Positions 1 through 12,535 of a stretch of DNA of 64,000 nt are shown here, piece by piece. The notes below the pieces were generated by a model, which was not told the origin of the DNA, searched no databases, and worked only from the letters and a program-made list of their open reading frames with translations. Made by a program: the position numbers and the translations under genes. The stretch lies in the NCBI RefSeq assembly GCF_011386835.1, contig NC_088799.1:23312001-23376000 (forward strand), given 5' to 3'. The first letter of the stretch is position 1; every line of letters starts with the position of its first letter. The DNA comes from Chrysemys picta bellii (taxonomy: Eukaryota).

Positions 1-1710
1 ATCTCCAGACTCTGACCTTTCTGCCTTTTACCATGCCTTTCACTTGTGAAGAGGCCCAAACCACACCAGTGTTTGCTACAATACCTTCAATGCATAGAAG
101 AGATCGCTTAGAAAATCTGAGAGACTCCGGTGCCAAAAATATATTGATGATACATCTCTTGCTCAGTACATACAGGCAATGCCATTTGACAAAGGTGTCA
201 GATAAGCTGCAAGAGAGAAACATCTGAATGAAGATCAACTCGTTCAAGTTAAACCATCACATATGGCTTACTTGGCTTCAGCTTCCATTAGCTGCTCTTC
301 ATCTAGATGCTGATCTCTTGCAGGGTTTGTGACTGCATTTCTTGCCTATAGATTGTCCAACCAGGGGAGAGGACCAAGCCATTTTCAGAGCACTTTGCCA
401 TTGGGCCGTCACAAAATAACAGAGGCAAGGGGCGGGGGGGGGGGGGGGAATAGAAAGCAAAGTTTCTGAACTTAGGAAAGGAAGAATGCAGGCAATGGCA
501 GATAAGTTTATGTAAATGTTAACTACCAAATTTAGCCCGCTATACTATGGTGAAGAGAGCCCTAGAAATAAGGTAAGACCTATTTACTAGAAATACTATC
601 TATGAAAGATTACTTTAGGTGATCTCTCTTGCACAAGCTCAGGATGCCCACTGGCATCCATACCATAAGTACACTCTTAAGCTGATCAGCAGCAAATCAG
701 TTGCTGAAAGCCTTCAGGATAATGTCCTTTTTAAAACACCCCACTTTCAGGAAGAGAGATGTTTTAATGGGAAAAAGCCAGTGTTGGCAGCAGGAACAAG
801 CAGTCAGGAAGTGATTCTAGATCTCTGAGTCCATCCTAATTTCACACTGCAGACAGACCTGTATGAAAAAGTTAAACTGAAAACAAGTGTGTAGAATGCC
901 ATTTATGTTAAGTCTCCATAACATTCCCCACTTCACCAATCAAAAGAAGAAAAATAAAAACCTTCCAGAGGTCTGCCAGTTTTAAAATAAACCAGCTGGA
1001 CTGTAAACATTAGCTACCTAGCCTAAGGAACTCAAAGCCAAAAGCTTTTATCCAGGTTTTCAATAACAACTGAAGAGAGAAGAACAAAGCTAGCCATATA
1101 ACTGAATGTCAATGTAACTTGGCTTTCCTGGTCAGTTGGAGGTCTGAAAATCAGGGACCCTACAGCAATCCTTCCCATGCTGAAATGGGGTTCAGCTGCC
1201 TTTGCAGCACTGCCCTACATCCAGCTACGCTAGATCCACATGGAAGAAGTGTGTGGAGAGTATGCAGACCAGTGGCATTGCTTGTGGGAGCACATTATCC
1301 CTGCCTCCAACACAACAGAGTTTGCAAGGAAATTTGTCTGGAGCTGTGTGCAAGGGGCTTTTCTACTAAGCCCGTTACAACCAAGAACACCTCCCTCTCT
1401 GGTTTCAGATTGGGATTCTGGGAGCAGACGTAGCCAGCGGAAGGATAATGAAGTATGCTGACAGGGATTGAGGAAGCAACTGTGTGGATAGCCCTGGCCT
1501 CCCACTGATCTCCTGGAATCTATGCAGATTCCAAAGAATCCATGACTTTCTAGGTGGCCTACACAAGCTATTCCTGAGAGGAACTGTAAACCCTTCCCAT
1601 CCAACAGAATGAGGGGGAAACTCTCTAGTCCTGGTTTATTTTAGCTTCACCTTTCACAGGGGACAGTATTTGTCCTAGATACAACTGGTCCAAAGAAGTC
1701 AAACCACTTT

Positions 1711-1923
1711 GGCCTTGTTTTCACTTGGAAAAGAGCTGTGTTTTTAACTTGAGTTAACTAACTCAGTGGTAAAATGTTAGTGAAAACAAGACCGTTTGTA
1801 GTGTTCAGATGAGTTAGTAGATTGACTCAAGTTGCTAACTCGTGTGAAAACGGACTGCCTTGTCTGCACTAGGATTTTACCTCTGGGTTAGTTAACAAGT
1901 TTTTTCCAAGTGAAGAGACAGCC
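1711..1923. mobile_element. PIF/Harbinger-like palindromic MITE
   Basis: Imperfect terminal inverted repeats ggccttgttttcacttggaaaa (1711) and ttttccaagtgaagagacagcc (ends 1923). An internal gccttgtctgcactag unit resembles the ggcc(t/a)tgtctacact ends at 35.5 kb. Confidence 0.45.
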
Positions 1924-2915
1924 TCTCTCAGGCAAACAACACATCGTTCTTTCCTTAGAGACCATTTGAAAAAAAGGAAATTTGTTATGAAAAAGCTATA
2001 TTTAAATAATTTTATGAGAGACCAAAAAAAGCTAGGATTTAAGTTTAAGCTGACAGTTTTTAAACTTATAAAACTATGTGGTCACACCAACAGGAGTCAG
2101 CATGCTGCCATGACTGTTAAGTAAAACAATTGACCCCCATTCACAGTAGTCCTGTCTAAAAGATCTTGACTTTAAAAATCCAAATATAGGGGGGAAGGAT
2201 TACAGAGAGAGGCACATGTGCGCGTGCATAGACACACACACACACTCCAGATGTATTACTGATTTTAAAAAGTTAACACATACACAAAAATAAGCCTGCA
2301 TTAAACTATAGTTAGGGTTGCTAAGAGAAGCATTCCATAATCAGGTAATGAAAAGGTCAAGTTCATTGTAATTTTAACTGTACCAATATATGCACTTAAA
2401 TCAAAGAGGCTACTCTAGTCCCTAGACTAGAGCAGTGGCAAGAGAGCTGCTGCACTGCCACAGAATGACTGGAGCAGGAAGCATTCCTCTCCCTCCAAGC
2501 TCAGCTCCAGAGCAACTTCCCAGTCTGGCTGTTTGGGCTATGGAGGGAGGTCAGAAATCGGGCCTTTTTCCTAACTCTGTATTGTTTCAGTCTGTCTTTC
2601 CCTGCAGGAAAACAATTTTGCATCTGTTTATGGTCTTCATTTCTTTTTAAACTGAAAACAAATTCTGCATGAATTGAGTATGGCACCATTCTCCGTTAGC
2701 GAATGGATTTGTCAAATCTTGTATTTAATTTATTTATTTATACACACTTATTCTATTCATGATCGAGTTGGAGTTTATTTTTAAAAGCAAGTGTGCAATT
2801 TATTTTTAGACTATGAATAAATAAACCAATACTTTCGTGCACTTTTCTATTACAACATGCATATGTTAGTAGCTTGTACATCTGCTTTTACAGAAAAATC
2901 TGGATATAGCATACA

Positions 2916-4084
2916 GTACAAATAAGTGATGGTCACGTTAACACCACCCTATACTGAAAACCCACCGACCGCTACGCCTACCTTCATGCCTCCAGCTTCC
3001 ACCCCAGACACACCACACGATCCATCATCTACAGCCAAGCGCTGAGGTACAACCGCATTTGCTCCAACCCCTCAGACAGAGACCTACACCTACAAGATGT
3101 TCACCAAGCATTCTCAAAACTACAATATCCGCACAAGAAAATAAGGAAACAAATCAACAGAACCAGACGTGTACCCAGAAGCCTCCTGTTACAAGACAAG
3201 CCGAAGAAAGGAACCAACAGAACTCCACTGGCCATCACCTACAGTCCTCAGCTTAAACTTCTCCAGCGCATCATCAGTGATCTACAACCCATCCTAGACA
3301 ATGATCCCTCACTTTCACAGACCTTGGGAGGCAGACCAGTCCTCGCCCACAGACAACCCGCCAACCTTAAGCATATTCTCACCAGTAACCACACACCGCA
3401 CCATAACAACTCTAACTCAGGAATCAATCCATGCAACAAACCTCGATGCCAACTCTGCCCACATATCTACACCAGCAACACCATCACAGAACCTAACCAG
3501 ATCAGCTACAACATCACCGATTCATTCACCTGCACGTCCACCAATGTTATAAATGCCATCATGTGCCAGCAATGCCCCTCTGCTATGTACATTGGCCAAA
3601 CTGGACAGTCACTACGTAAACGGATCAATGGACACAAGTCAGATACCAGGAATGGCAATATACAAAAACCTTGTAGGAGAACACTTCAACCTCCCTGGCC
3701 ACACAATAGCAGATGTAAAGGTAGCCATCTTACAGCAAAAAAAAAAAAAATTCAGGACCAGACTCCAAAGAGAAACTGCTGAGCTCCAGTTCATTTGCAA
3801 ATTTGACACCATCAGATCAGGATTACAAAGACTCTGAATGGCTAGCCAACTACAAAAACAGTTTCTCCTCCCTTGGTGTTCACACCTCAACTGTTAGCAG
3901 AGGACCTCGCCTTCCCTGATTGAACTAACCTCGTTATCTCCGGACTGATTCTTGCCTGCATATTTATACCTGCCTCTGGAAATTTCCATTACATGCGTCT
4001 GACAAAGTGGGTATTCACCCACGAAAGCTTATGCTCCAATACATCTGTTAGTCTTAAAGATGCCACAGGACTCTCTGTTGCTTT
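2916..4084 (+). mobile_element. Penelope-like retroelement, 5'-truncated: RT C-terminal region, GIY-YIG endonuclease and terminal repeat
   Basis: Translates as VQISDGHVNTTLY*KPTDRYAYLHASSFHPRHTTRSIIYSQALRYNRICSNPSDRD, then CNKPRCQLC and NVINAIMCQQCPSAMYIGQT (GIY-YIG type). A frameshift near 3670 is followed by GEHFNLPGH...RETAELQFICKFDT. The 3' repeat matches those at 23.5, 48.3 and 59.8 kb. Confidence 0.9.
3995..4034 (+). ncRNA. Minimal type I hammerhead ribozyme motif, core mutated
   Basis: GCGT-CTGACAA-A-GTGGGT ATTC ACCCAC-GAAA-GCTT-ATGC. Helices I and II pair, but the CUGANGA box reads CTGACAA (G8 to A at 4004). Confidence 0.6.
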
Positions 4085-4246
4085 GTCAAGGTAAGTCTCA
4101 TTTCTGTCAAAGTTACAATTATTGTTATGTTGAAAAGAAAAAGTTAGTTACGAAATATCAACCACAATTTAGAAATCTCTGGCTTACCAATATTGTGTAA
4201 TTTAATTTCTTAATTTTCTTCAATTTCTGTTTGAAAAGCTTGAGTA

Positions 4247-4305
4247 TATAGACTCAGACTCTAAGGTCAGAAGGGACCATTTATGATCATCTAGTCTGAC
4301 CTCCC
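4247..4305 (-). mobile_element. CR1 LINE 3'-end fragment
   Basis: atagactcagactctaaggtcagaagggaccatttatgatcatctagtctgacctcc is the reverse complement of a CR1-type 3' UTR, similar to 47580-47622. Confidence 0.6.
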
Positions 4306-4991
4306 TCATAATGTTACATACATATTTTGTATGTAACATTAACAAAAAATTGTTATATAAAAATTACAAGATACTAATTAAGGAATAGATAAAATACAAA
4401 TTTTGAGATAACTTCAAATAACGTTTTTCCTTTCAGTAGATACATGCTATTATACGTAAATTGTTACACTTTGATGTGCCGTTTAATAATTTTAAAACTA
4501 TTTTATTTGCTAAAAGATAACAATTAGCCATTCAAAAGTATAAAACCTTACATTTTTACAGAGCTCACCATTCTCAAGGATCCTATCAGTGAAATGTTGC
4601 CAGCTTAAAGTGTTCAAAGTGCTTATTTCGCAGTGCACAGGGAGACTGCATAAAAGTTTAGGACTGGGAGTGAATACCAATGCCCTCAAAACTCTCCTCT
4701 CTCGTGACATCTACAAAACAATTTCAACCATAGTTAATCAGCAGGTGAATTATGATTGCTGCTTTTTATCCTGACCAATGTTGTGTCATTGTTCCTTTGT
4801 GCTCCCCTGTCTTCTTGTTGCATTCACTTGTTGTCTTATACTTTGATCTAAGCTCTTCAAGGCAGGCACCTTTTTTTTTTTTTTTTTAATCTCTGCACAG
4901 TACCTACAGCTTAATGGGAGCCGATCCACAAGTGGAGCTCCTAAGCACTACCTCAATACAATAATGATAGCGTTTACTTGAATTCACAGGG

Positions 4992-5120
4992 TAGGGTCAC
5001 CAGATGTCCCAATTTTATAGGGAAAGACCCAATTTTTTGGTCTTTTTCTTTTCTTATATAGGCTCCTATTACCCCCAACTCCCTGTCTCGATTTTTCACA
5101 TCTGCTTTCTAGTCACCCTA
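4992..5120. mobile_element. hAT MITE, Blackjack-like TAGGGTGACCA ends
   Basis: TIRs tagggtcaccaga / tctagtcacccta (11 of 13 match). 8-bp target duplication tcacaggg (4984-4991) / tcacaagg (5121-5128). Confidence 0.85.
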
Positions 5121-5679
5121 TCACAAGGAGATATTAGGCAGCCCAATGAAATTACCTAAATTGGGTCAATGGAGTCAGACACCACTTGTTAACTGCTCTC
5201 ACTAATGCAAGTACATGCATTCACATAATTTTGGAACCACTTTAAATTTAATAGAATGCCAGGATGTACACAGAACTTGGGGGGGAAATTCTGGATGTGG
5301 TTTGTTTTTCAACAGCGAAGCAGCCAGCACTAGAACTTGGTGATCCAAGGCGCTGTTTAAGCAAAGGATTTAAACATATATCTAAATTTAAGCATTCAAG
5401 TAGTCTCAATGAAGTCAGTGGGAGTATTCATGTACTTGAAATTAGGTATGTGCTTAAATCCCTTGTTGAACTAGTGCCCAAATTAGGTTTCAGAACTAAC
5501 ATAATACTTGGATGAATGAAAAAAGTTTAGTGTCACTGTCTCTGCCTGAATGGCTACAGATTCAGCCTTTACACTATTGTCTTATCTTCACAACTGGTGA
5601 AGGTAGAAACACTAACAAAGTGCTAGGTTTATGAAGCAATAGGGAGAGGTTAAAACCGTGACTTGCAAAATGAGTAGTT

Positions 5680-5902
5680 CAGGGGTACTCAAACTGGGGG
5701 TCGGGACACCTCAGAGGGTCGCAAAGTTATTACATGGGGGAGGCGTGAGCTGTCAACCTCCACCCCAAACTCTACTTTACCTCCAGCATTTATAATGGTG
5801 TTAAATATATAAAAACGTGTTTTTAATTTATAAGGGTGGGGGTCGCACTCAGAGGCTTGCTATGTGAAAGGGATCACCAGTACAAAAGTTTGAAAACCAC
5901 TG
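5680..5902. mobile_element. hAT (Charlie-type) MITE
   Basis: TIRs caggggtactcaaact / agtttgaaaaccactg. Perfect 8-bp target duplication gagtagtt (5672-5679, 5903-5910). Confidence 0.9.
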
Positions 5903-6439
5903 GAGTAGTTTAAGATCATATATAACAAATGCAGCCACACTTTTACTATAGGAGCACTAATTTTGCATTTTACAAAACCACCATGTAAATGAAAAAATGC
6001 CTGAAACTGAATTTTTTTAATATTCTCCTTAATGAACAATCAACTCATTTGCTGCAGCCTGATGATGAACCAACAGCTTCTAACCTTATCTGTAGCACAA
6101 GCTAGTTTAGTGGAAGGTATCACCTATAATAATGTCTTTCCCAAACCCCAACTCTAATGACTAATTTAAAAACTCCAAGAAAAAAAAATCTGAAAATGTC
6201 ACTCAGTATTCTAGGACAGAAATGTTATTACTAAAACTGGAAGCATTGCATAAAAGATTTTTAAATTAAACAGTAATACACAGAAGAGAAAATGTTTCAA
6301 AAACAATCTCAACTACTTTTTTTAAATGAATAGATTAATCATTAGAATTGCATGTACTATGACTGTACATGACTATCCTACATGACAATTCTAACGAAGG
6401 TTCATTGTGCTAGCAAATATGCTTGTTTTACTGTTAGCT

Positions 6440-6640
6440 TGTCCTTCTCTTCTCCCCACCTCCATCTGTTTCATTTACCCATTGTGTTCTGCTGTAGCCT
6501 AGATTGTAAATTCTTTGGGGCAGAGATTGTATTTTGATTAGGGGTTTGTACAGCACCTAGCACATCAGGGACCTGATCCCTGACTGGGCCTCTCAAGTAC
6601 TACTCTAATGTAAGGCACTACTGTAATATAAATAACAGAA
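6440..6640 (+). mobile_element. L2-type 3'-end relic
   Basis: tagattgtaaattctttggggcagagattgt...tttgtacagcacctagcaca...taaataac resembles L2/MIR 3' tails. Similar relics lie near 4830-4960 and 27410-27490. Recognised by eye only. Confidence 0.45.
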
Positions 6641-9600
6641 ATTTACTCTATTAAATTCAACAGAACTTCAATTTTTAAATGTAGCTGAAACCACTGCATA
6701 TTATCTATTCTGTTGTACTGGAATGCTGCAGAATCCAGAGGCCTTGCCATAGAATTTAGTCCACTTTCCTCAGAGTACCTAGGATCGTGCTCTATTTCAT
6801 TGATTGCTCTCCAGTATTCCCACCATTTACACTGCTGTTTCCAGGTTAGAGCTGGGTAACAATATCACCCAGTAACCCCTAGCTGACATCATAAACACAA
6901 ATGGCCCATTCAACTTGGTGGCAGCCTATTTTGACTTCATAGTCAGCAGCTGGACATAGAGCCTGACATTGTTTCTGTTGCTGTCATTCTGACTGTAGTA
7001 ATCACTTGTTGGCTGGTTCCATGGACAGGGCCTACTGGATGGGCCAAGTGTTTGATTGTCCAGGGGTTTGCTCTATTTCTTAACAGGAAAAGCAGTAAGT
7101 GAAAGCCACTTGTCGTTTCTGGGTGGCCTTTTCTTTCCTGTGATGGTTTCAGTGATAGATGGGGCACTATAGCAAGGATACGGAATGCTAATGTACGCAA
7201 GAGTTGATACGGTGGCCTGCTCTCAGGGATAAATGTAGGATAAGGGCTAGGTGGGCAAATGAAAGAGGGATGAAGGGCAATGGTAGGGTCCCAGCAAGGA
7301 CCTGGGGGCGGCAGGGGAAGACTGGAGAGCTTGAAGAAGCAGGCTAGAGCCATGTAGACCAGGGGAACAGAACAGTCGCAGCTGAAGAGGTAAACTGGAC
7401 AGGTGCAGATATAAAGCTACAACACTCTCTCCCAACCTTGAACTGTAATAGGGACAAATCATCTCCTTTCTCAATTCAGAGGGAGTGCACAGATTGCCCG
7501 CCAGGTCCTGCATTTCCCCAAGATGATTTAGATTCTACTCCCAACACACACTGGGGGAAGTGGGGAGAAGGAGCTGCTGATCTGCACCCGAAAGAAACCA
7601 CTGCTCTAGTTCCACTGAGAACTAGGGGAAGAGATGCCCAATGAGAGCTTCCTAGGCGTGAATGTGGTAGTGAAAGAGAGGAGGGGTATAGCTGGAAGGA
7701 GAGGCAGGAAGTGGAACTCAGATAAGAGGGAGTTAAGAAGAAACAAAGGAGCTGAACAGTCGGTCAGGGACTGAGTTGTTTCCCCAGCTAAAATGGGACC
7801 TTATTTGCTTTTGCCAACTATTAAATTTGCCTCTGACTGCTGTCTGTCCCAGTGTTGCCAACTGAGCAATTTTATCACAATTCTCACGATATTTAGCTTT
7901 TTTTCTTAAAGCCCCAGCTTCTGCAATCAAATGATTAGAGAGGAAGTCAGATCTATGGAGCTTGGGGCAGCTGGCGTTCCCACATCACCCCTGGGAGGCC
8001 ACATCCCAGAAACACTGTGAAGATTAGGTGCAGTACAAAATGGTGCAGAGTGACACCACCAAATGGTGCAGAGCAACAGCACCCTCTGGCCTTCTTATTG
8101 GCCTATACTTACTATTTAACCCTGGAGCGCGGCCCAGGAAGTTGTCTGGGAAACCATGCTGACTTCTGGCTTGCAGCAACGCCAGGCCTCACCTTGTTTA
8201 CAGATCTCCAATCTCCAACCCCAGCCTGACTCTGACCCTGGCTTTTGCCTATTGTTCCCAGCTCTACCAGTTACTCTGATCCCTACATGCTGACTACCAC
8301 CTAGGATCATCCTTGACCAGTGAAACCAGCCCAGCCATGACTGCTACACCAGACTGTCCATGCCCTAGTCCCTTACAGAATCTTAGCTTTCAGGGATTCA
8401 AAATAATGGGGTGCAGGGGTCTGACAGGGAAATCAGTCCTAAATCTAGATGGGCTGAGGACACTGGTAACCCAAAAATACATTCAGATTATCCAGTTGAG
8501 CATTCTTGATGGTGCCAATGCCATGCGCCAACTCTCAATGGTGCACAGAAGGCACAGAAGGAAAATACAGTCTCTATGCCCCTCGTCTCGTTATCTTTGA
8601 TGGACAAGCATAAAAAAACTCAAACTGAACAATTGTTTGAGATCCCCTCCAATTTGCTGTTTTGGGGGGAGGCACTTCCTGTTTGACCTATGGGAGCCAC
8701 ATTACTTGGCTGTTTGTATCTTTCTGGATTGGCAGGATGGGCAAAGTAATACTGAAGGAACAGACAAATATTTAAACTCTCAAATACATGGTTTCCAAAA
8801 AAATGGATAATTTGCCATAATTCATATTTAATATTTTCATCGACTAACCTATGGAAACATGGCTTCAGGGCATGGATGACACTAATGAAATAAATTCTTC
8901 CTGTTCCTCCAAACTACAATTTGTAAAATACAACAAGGCACCTGGAGGAGATGAGGGTAAAGAAAGGCAGTTAGGGAAGAGGGAAACTGAGGAGGAAAAA
9001 AGGTGACAGTTTTAAACTGCTCCTCTTCATAAAGTGCCAAGATACAGAAAGTGGCCCTTTTAGCCATTTTCTAGTGTATAAATTAAAGTAGGAGCTGTTC
9101 AACATTCCAAATTTAAAACTTGTAAAAGAAAGTGAGTTAAAATTGGCTGCTGGGCAATGAATTGTGACTGAACAAATAGCTACGGGTTTGGGGTTCTCAG
9201 TACTAGACAAAGTGAAGGAGAAAGTAATGGCCAGTGCAGTAGCCAAAGAGGATGAACAATGGTCAAAGCAGGAGACAATTTGACCTGGTCAGTGGTGCCC
9301 CCCTCAACAAGGTCAAGGAAGTAGGGAAGGCTTGGAGGCTTATTTGTCTAAGATAACCTGAACAGATGACAAAACATTCAGGCCTCTCTTAGAAGTGAGA
9401 GACATTTATGCATCATTTTAAAATTGTCTTTTATTTTAAAAATATTAATCAGAAAAAATAAATTTGCTTTTCTTTGTTTTACTGGAAGACATGGAGGTAA
9501 CTGAAGGGACACAGCACAGGATGTTACTGTAACATTTCATTCTCACAAATTGTCTATTAGGCATCAGATTTAAATGGGTGTTAACAAAATCCCTTCCCCT

Positions 9601-10367
9601 CATTATTTCTCAGTTTTTAGTCTCTCGTGAAGTCATAATTTCATATCTTTATTGTTCGAGTGGCTAGTTTTTGGGGGCTAAAAGGTCCCATTTAAATTTT
9701 AATAATTGTTTGAATTGTGCATAGCTCCAAGATGGTTGGACGCTTTAAAAAATATTCAGGTCACACGGTCTTCTGGTCTCTCAAGGTTCCCAAAATACTT
9801 GCTCTTAAAACATATATTGTTATTTAATGCAGTGATAAACACCTTTACTATAACTTGATGAGAAAGAGATTGATTACCATAAAGTGTTTTGTATATTAAT
9901 ACATATGCCAACTATTTGAAGTAATCATCAAGGTCTGAAGTAGATGACAATTAATTAAAGTGGAAGAGGAAGATATCTGCATTCCTAACTGGGCAAGAAA
10001 AGGGAAAGCCCACAATTTTCTAATATACATTTGAAGGGCCTTCATTTGCTTAATAAATTTAACAATATTTGCAATCATGCACAAATTAAAGGCAGATTCA
10101 TTACTTATTGAGGAGCAGAAACACATTTTTATTAAAACACAAGGAAAAACTATATACATGGAAAGCCCTCATCACATCAAAAGTTAACTACACCCAAAAC
10201 ATGCAGGTACACCAATGTCAAGTACAGATGACCAGCAATTACGCATCTCCAAATGACTGGATGCCCTGTTGGAACACCTTATCTCCACTACATGGAGAAG
10301 CCATACTTTTTCAGCCAATTCTTTATCCCTTTCGAACACAGATATGCTGCCTTCCCTTAATAATAAA

Positions 10368-10555
10368 TAATATATAGAGATATCCTATCCGATCTCCTGG
10401 AAGGGACCCCGAAAGGTCATTGAGTCCAGCCCCCTGCCGTCACTAGCAGGACCAAGTACTGATTTTTCCCCAGATCCCTAAGTGGACCCCTCAGGATTGA
10501 AATCACAACCCTGGGTTTAGCAGACCAATGCTCAAACCACTGAGCTATCACTCCC
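10368..10555 (-). mobile_element. Tortoise polIII SINE (tRNA-derived head, CR1-derived tail)
   Basis: The reverse strand starts GGGGAGTGATAGCTCAGTGGTTTGAGCATTGGTCTGCTAAACCCAGGGTTGTGATTTCAATCCTGAGG (A-box and B-box tRNA-like head). It ends in GGGGGCTGGACTCAATGACCTTTCGGGGTCCCTTCCAG, similar to the CR1 3' UTR at 47570-47610. Confidence 0.9.
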
Positions 10556-12347
10556 CCATCACCCTATCACATACTTGAGCTCCATCACATGTAGGAAGCA
10601 GTCATGCAGTGATCTATACAACAGATCGAGTCTTCCCTTTTAAAGTGCCAATCATCATGCAGCTGTCAAATTGCTGTACAGATCAGATAAGAATTCCACT
10701 ATATACCTTTGCATGTTGGAACATTCATGTAAAAGTTGTTCTAACATTTTTTTCCTTATAAGGGATGTAATACAGCTTTCCACCTAGACTCACACAGCAA
10801 ACAACTGGCTGTGTATAATTAGACAAAGCCAAACATGATAATAAAATGTACCTTTATGGACACAGCAGCTGTCCAAATGGGTCCTGTACAAAAAAAACCA
10901 AGAATATAGGTAGCCAGAGAGGCAACTGCAGGCAAGTCGAGTCCGCAGTACAACTAACTCAAAAGAGGGCTTTGTACAATGTAGATTCAGGTAAGAGGTT
11001 CTGAGTGGCTTGTAGCCATTTTATTGCTCCAGCCAGGTGAGTCCTATCCTGATCAAGAACTGCATCCCTAGAACTTTGCCAACCATGAACTTCACCATTT
11101 TGAGATCCATTGTAGACAAAATCCAGCAATCTATAAACGTTTCCATTATATTAGTAAGGTGATAACAGGACCCCCTAACCATCCAAAGTCCCATTCTATT
11201 ATTTCGTTTGGGACAGACCCATCAGTCAGACCAGACTGGTTGCTACATGTGACTTTTTCTGCACATTGCTAGAAATGGGTCTATTTAGGACTCATCTTTG
11301 ATGTGATCAGATGTGACTACCCACCAGAATCTTTACCAAATGGCCAGGAAGTGCTTATACAACATTAGCTTAAGGTTTGGATGGTTGTAATGTAGCACAT
11401 GTATGATTTATTTCTGTGTAACACATCTAATTGAAAGGTTTCTTCACTTTGATGTGTGGGTGCTTTGGCTCTTGAAAAAATGTGTTAGGTGAGAATTGCA
11501 CAGTACAGTATTTATTCAGGAGTTGTAGCATTATTAAATGTATTACATATCTTGTATTGCTTTTTAAATAATTCAGAAACAGGATCTATGACTGTCATGT
11601 AACCAAAATGGTGCACAAGACAAAAATGTCCAGAAGAGAGAACTGCAAAAATAAAGCAAATTACATTTTATTCAAAAATTTGGAGATCTGGAAGCATTCT
11701 AGGCCAGATTCACCCTAGTATAATTTTACAAATGTCCCCAGTGGAGAACAGTTTACAAAGGAATGGCATGATGATGATGCAAAGTAGCCACAACCCAAGT
11801 AACAATAAGGGAAGTGGGCCCTCAGAGGCCAAGCACAGCCCAGAAAGTGGGCAACATTGGTCTACAGGAGGCATGGCTAGGGAGTGTGCTGACTCAAACT
11901 TCCACCTGAAGTGCTCTAACAAAGCCCCAGGTTTTAAGGCTGATCTCAGTCAATTCCTAAGAGGGGGGGAGGAGAGGAGAGGCGGGCAGCAGCAGAAATA
12001 CCTTTTGTTCGGCATGATAGTAAATCTCTCTCTCTCTCTCACTCCTCGAACAGGAGGCCTTATTAATTAAAGCTAATTTTGGGATCCACTGAGGTGGAAC
12101 CCAAAATTCAGTAATAACCACGAGATTTCAAAGCATGTCATGGTTACATATGCAATCCTACAAATTAGTGGCCTCAACACTGTGGGGTTATTTTAATCAT
12201 CAACTTCAACTGGTTTACAATTAATATAATATGATACCTATGCACACACATGATTACAAATATATCATATTACACAGTGTAAGTCAATAAAGTAGTGGTA
12301 GCCATTGTCAAAAGTTACAATTTTGAGTATTAGCAGAATTTCCCAAA

Positions 12348-12535
12348 CAGTAGAACCTCAGAGTTACAAACACCAGAGTTACAAACTGACCAGCATTCTT
12401 CTTCTGCATAGTAAAGTTTCAAAGTTGTATTAAGTCAATGTTCAGTTGTAAACTTTTGAAAGAACAACCATAACATTTTGTTCAGAGTTACAAACAACCT
12501 CCATTCTCGAGGTATTTGTAACTGAGATTCTACTA
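12348..12535. mobile_element. Tc1/mariner (Tigger-like) MITE
   Basis: Ends cagtagaacctcagagttacaaa / tttgtaactgagattctacta, followed by TA on the right. The motif cagagttacaaac is repeated internally. Confidence 0.65.

Noticed and set aside
1119-1620. Overlapping ORFs with a faint resemblance to DIRS recombinase (QGAFLLSP...DWD)
   Set aside because: Too little similarity to support by eye, and no diagnostic motif.
10480-10555. tRNA-like sequence on the minus strand
   Set aside because: It is the head of a SINE, has no complete cloverleaf and continues into a CR1-type tail.
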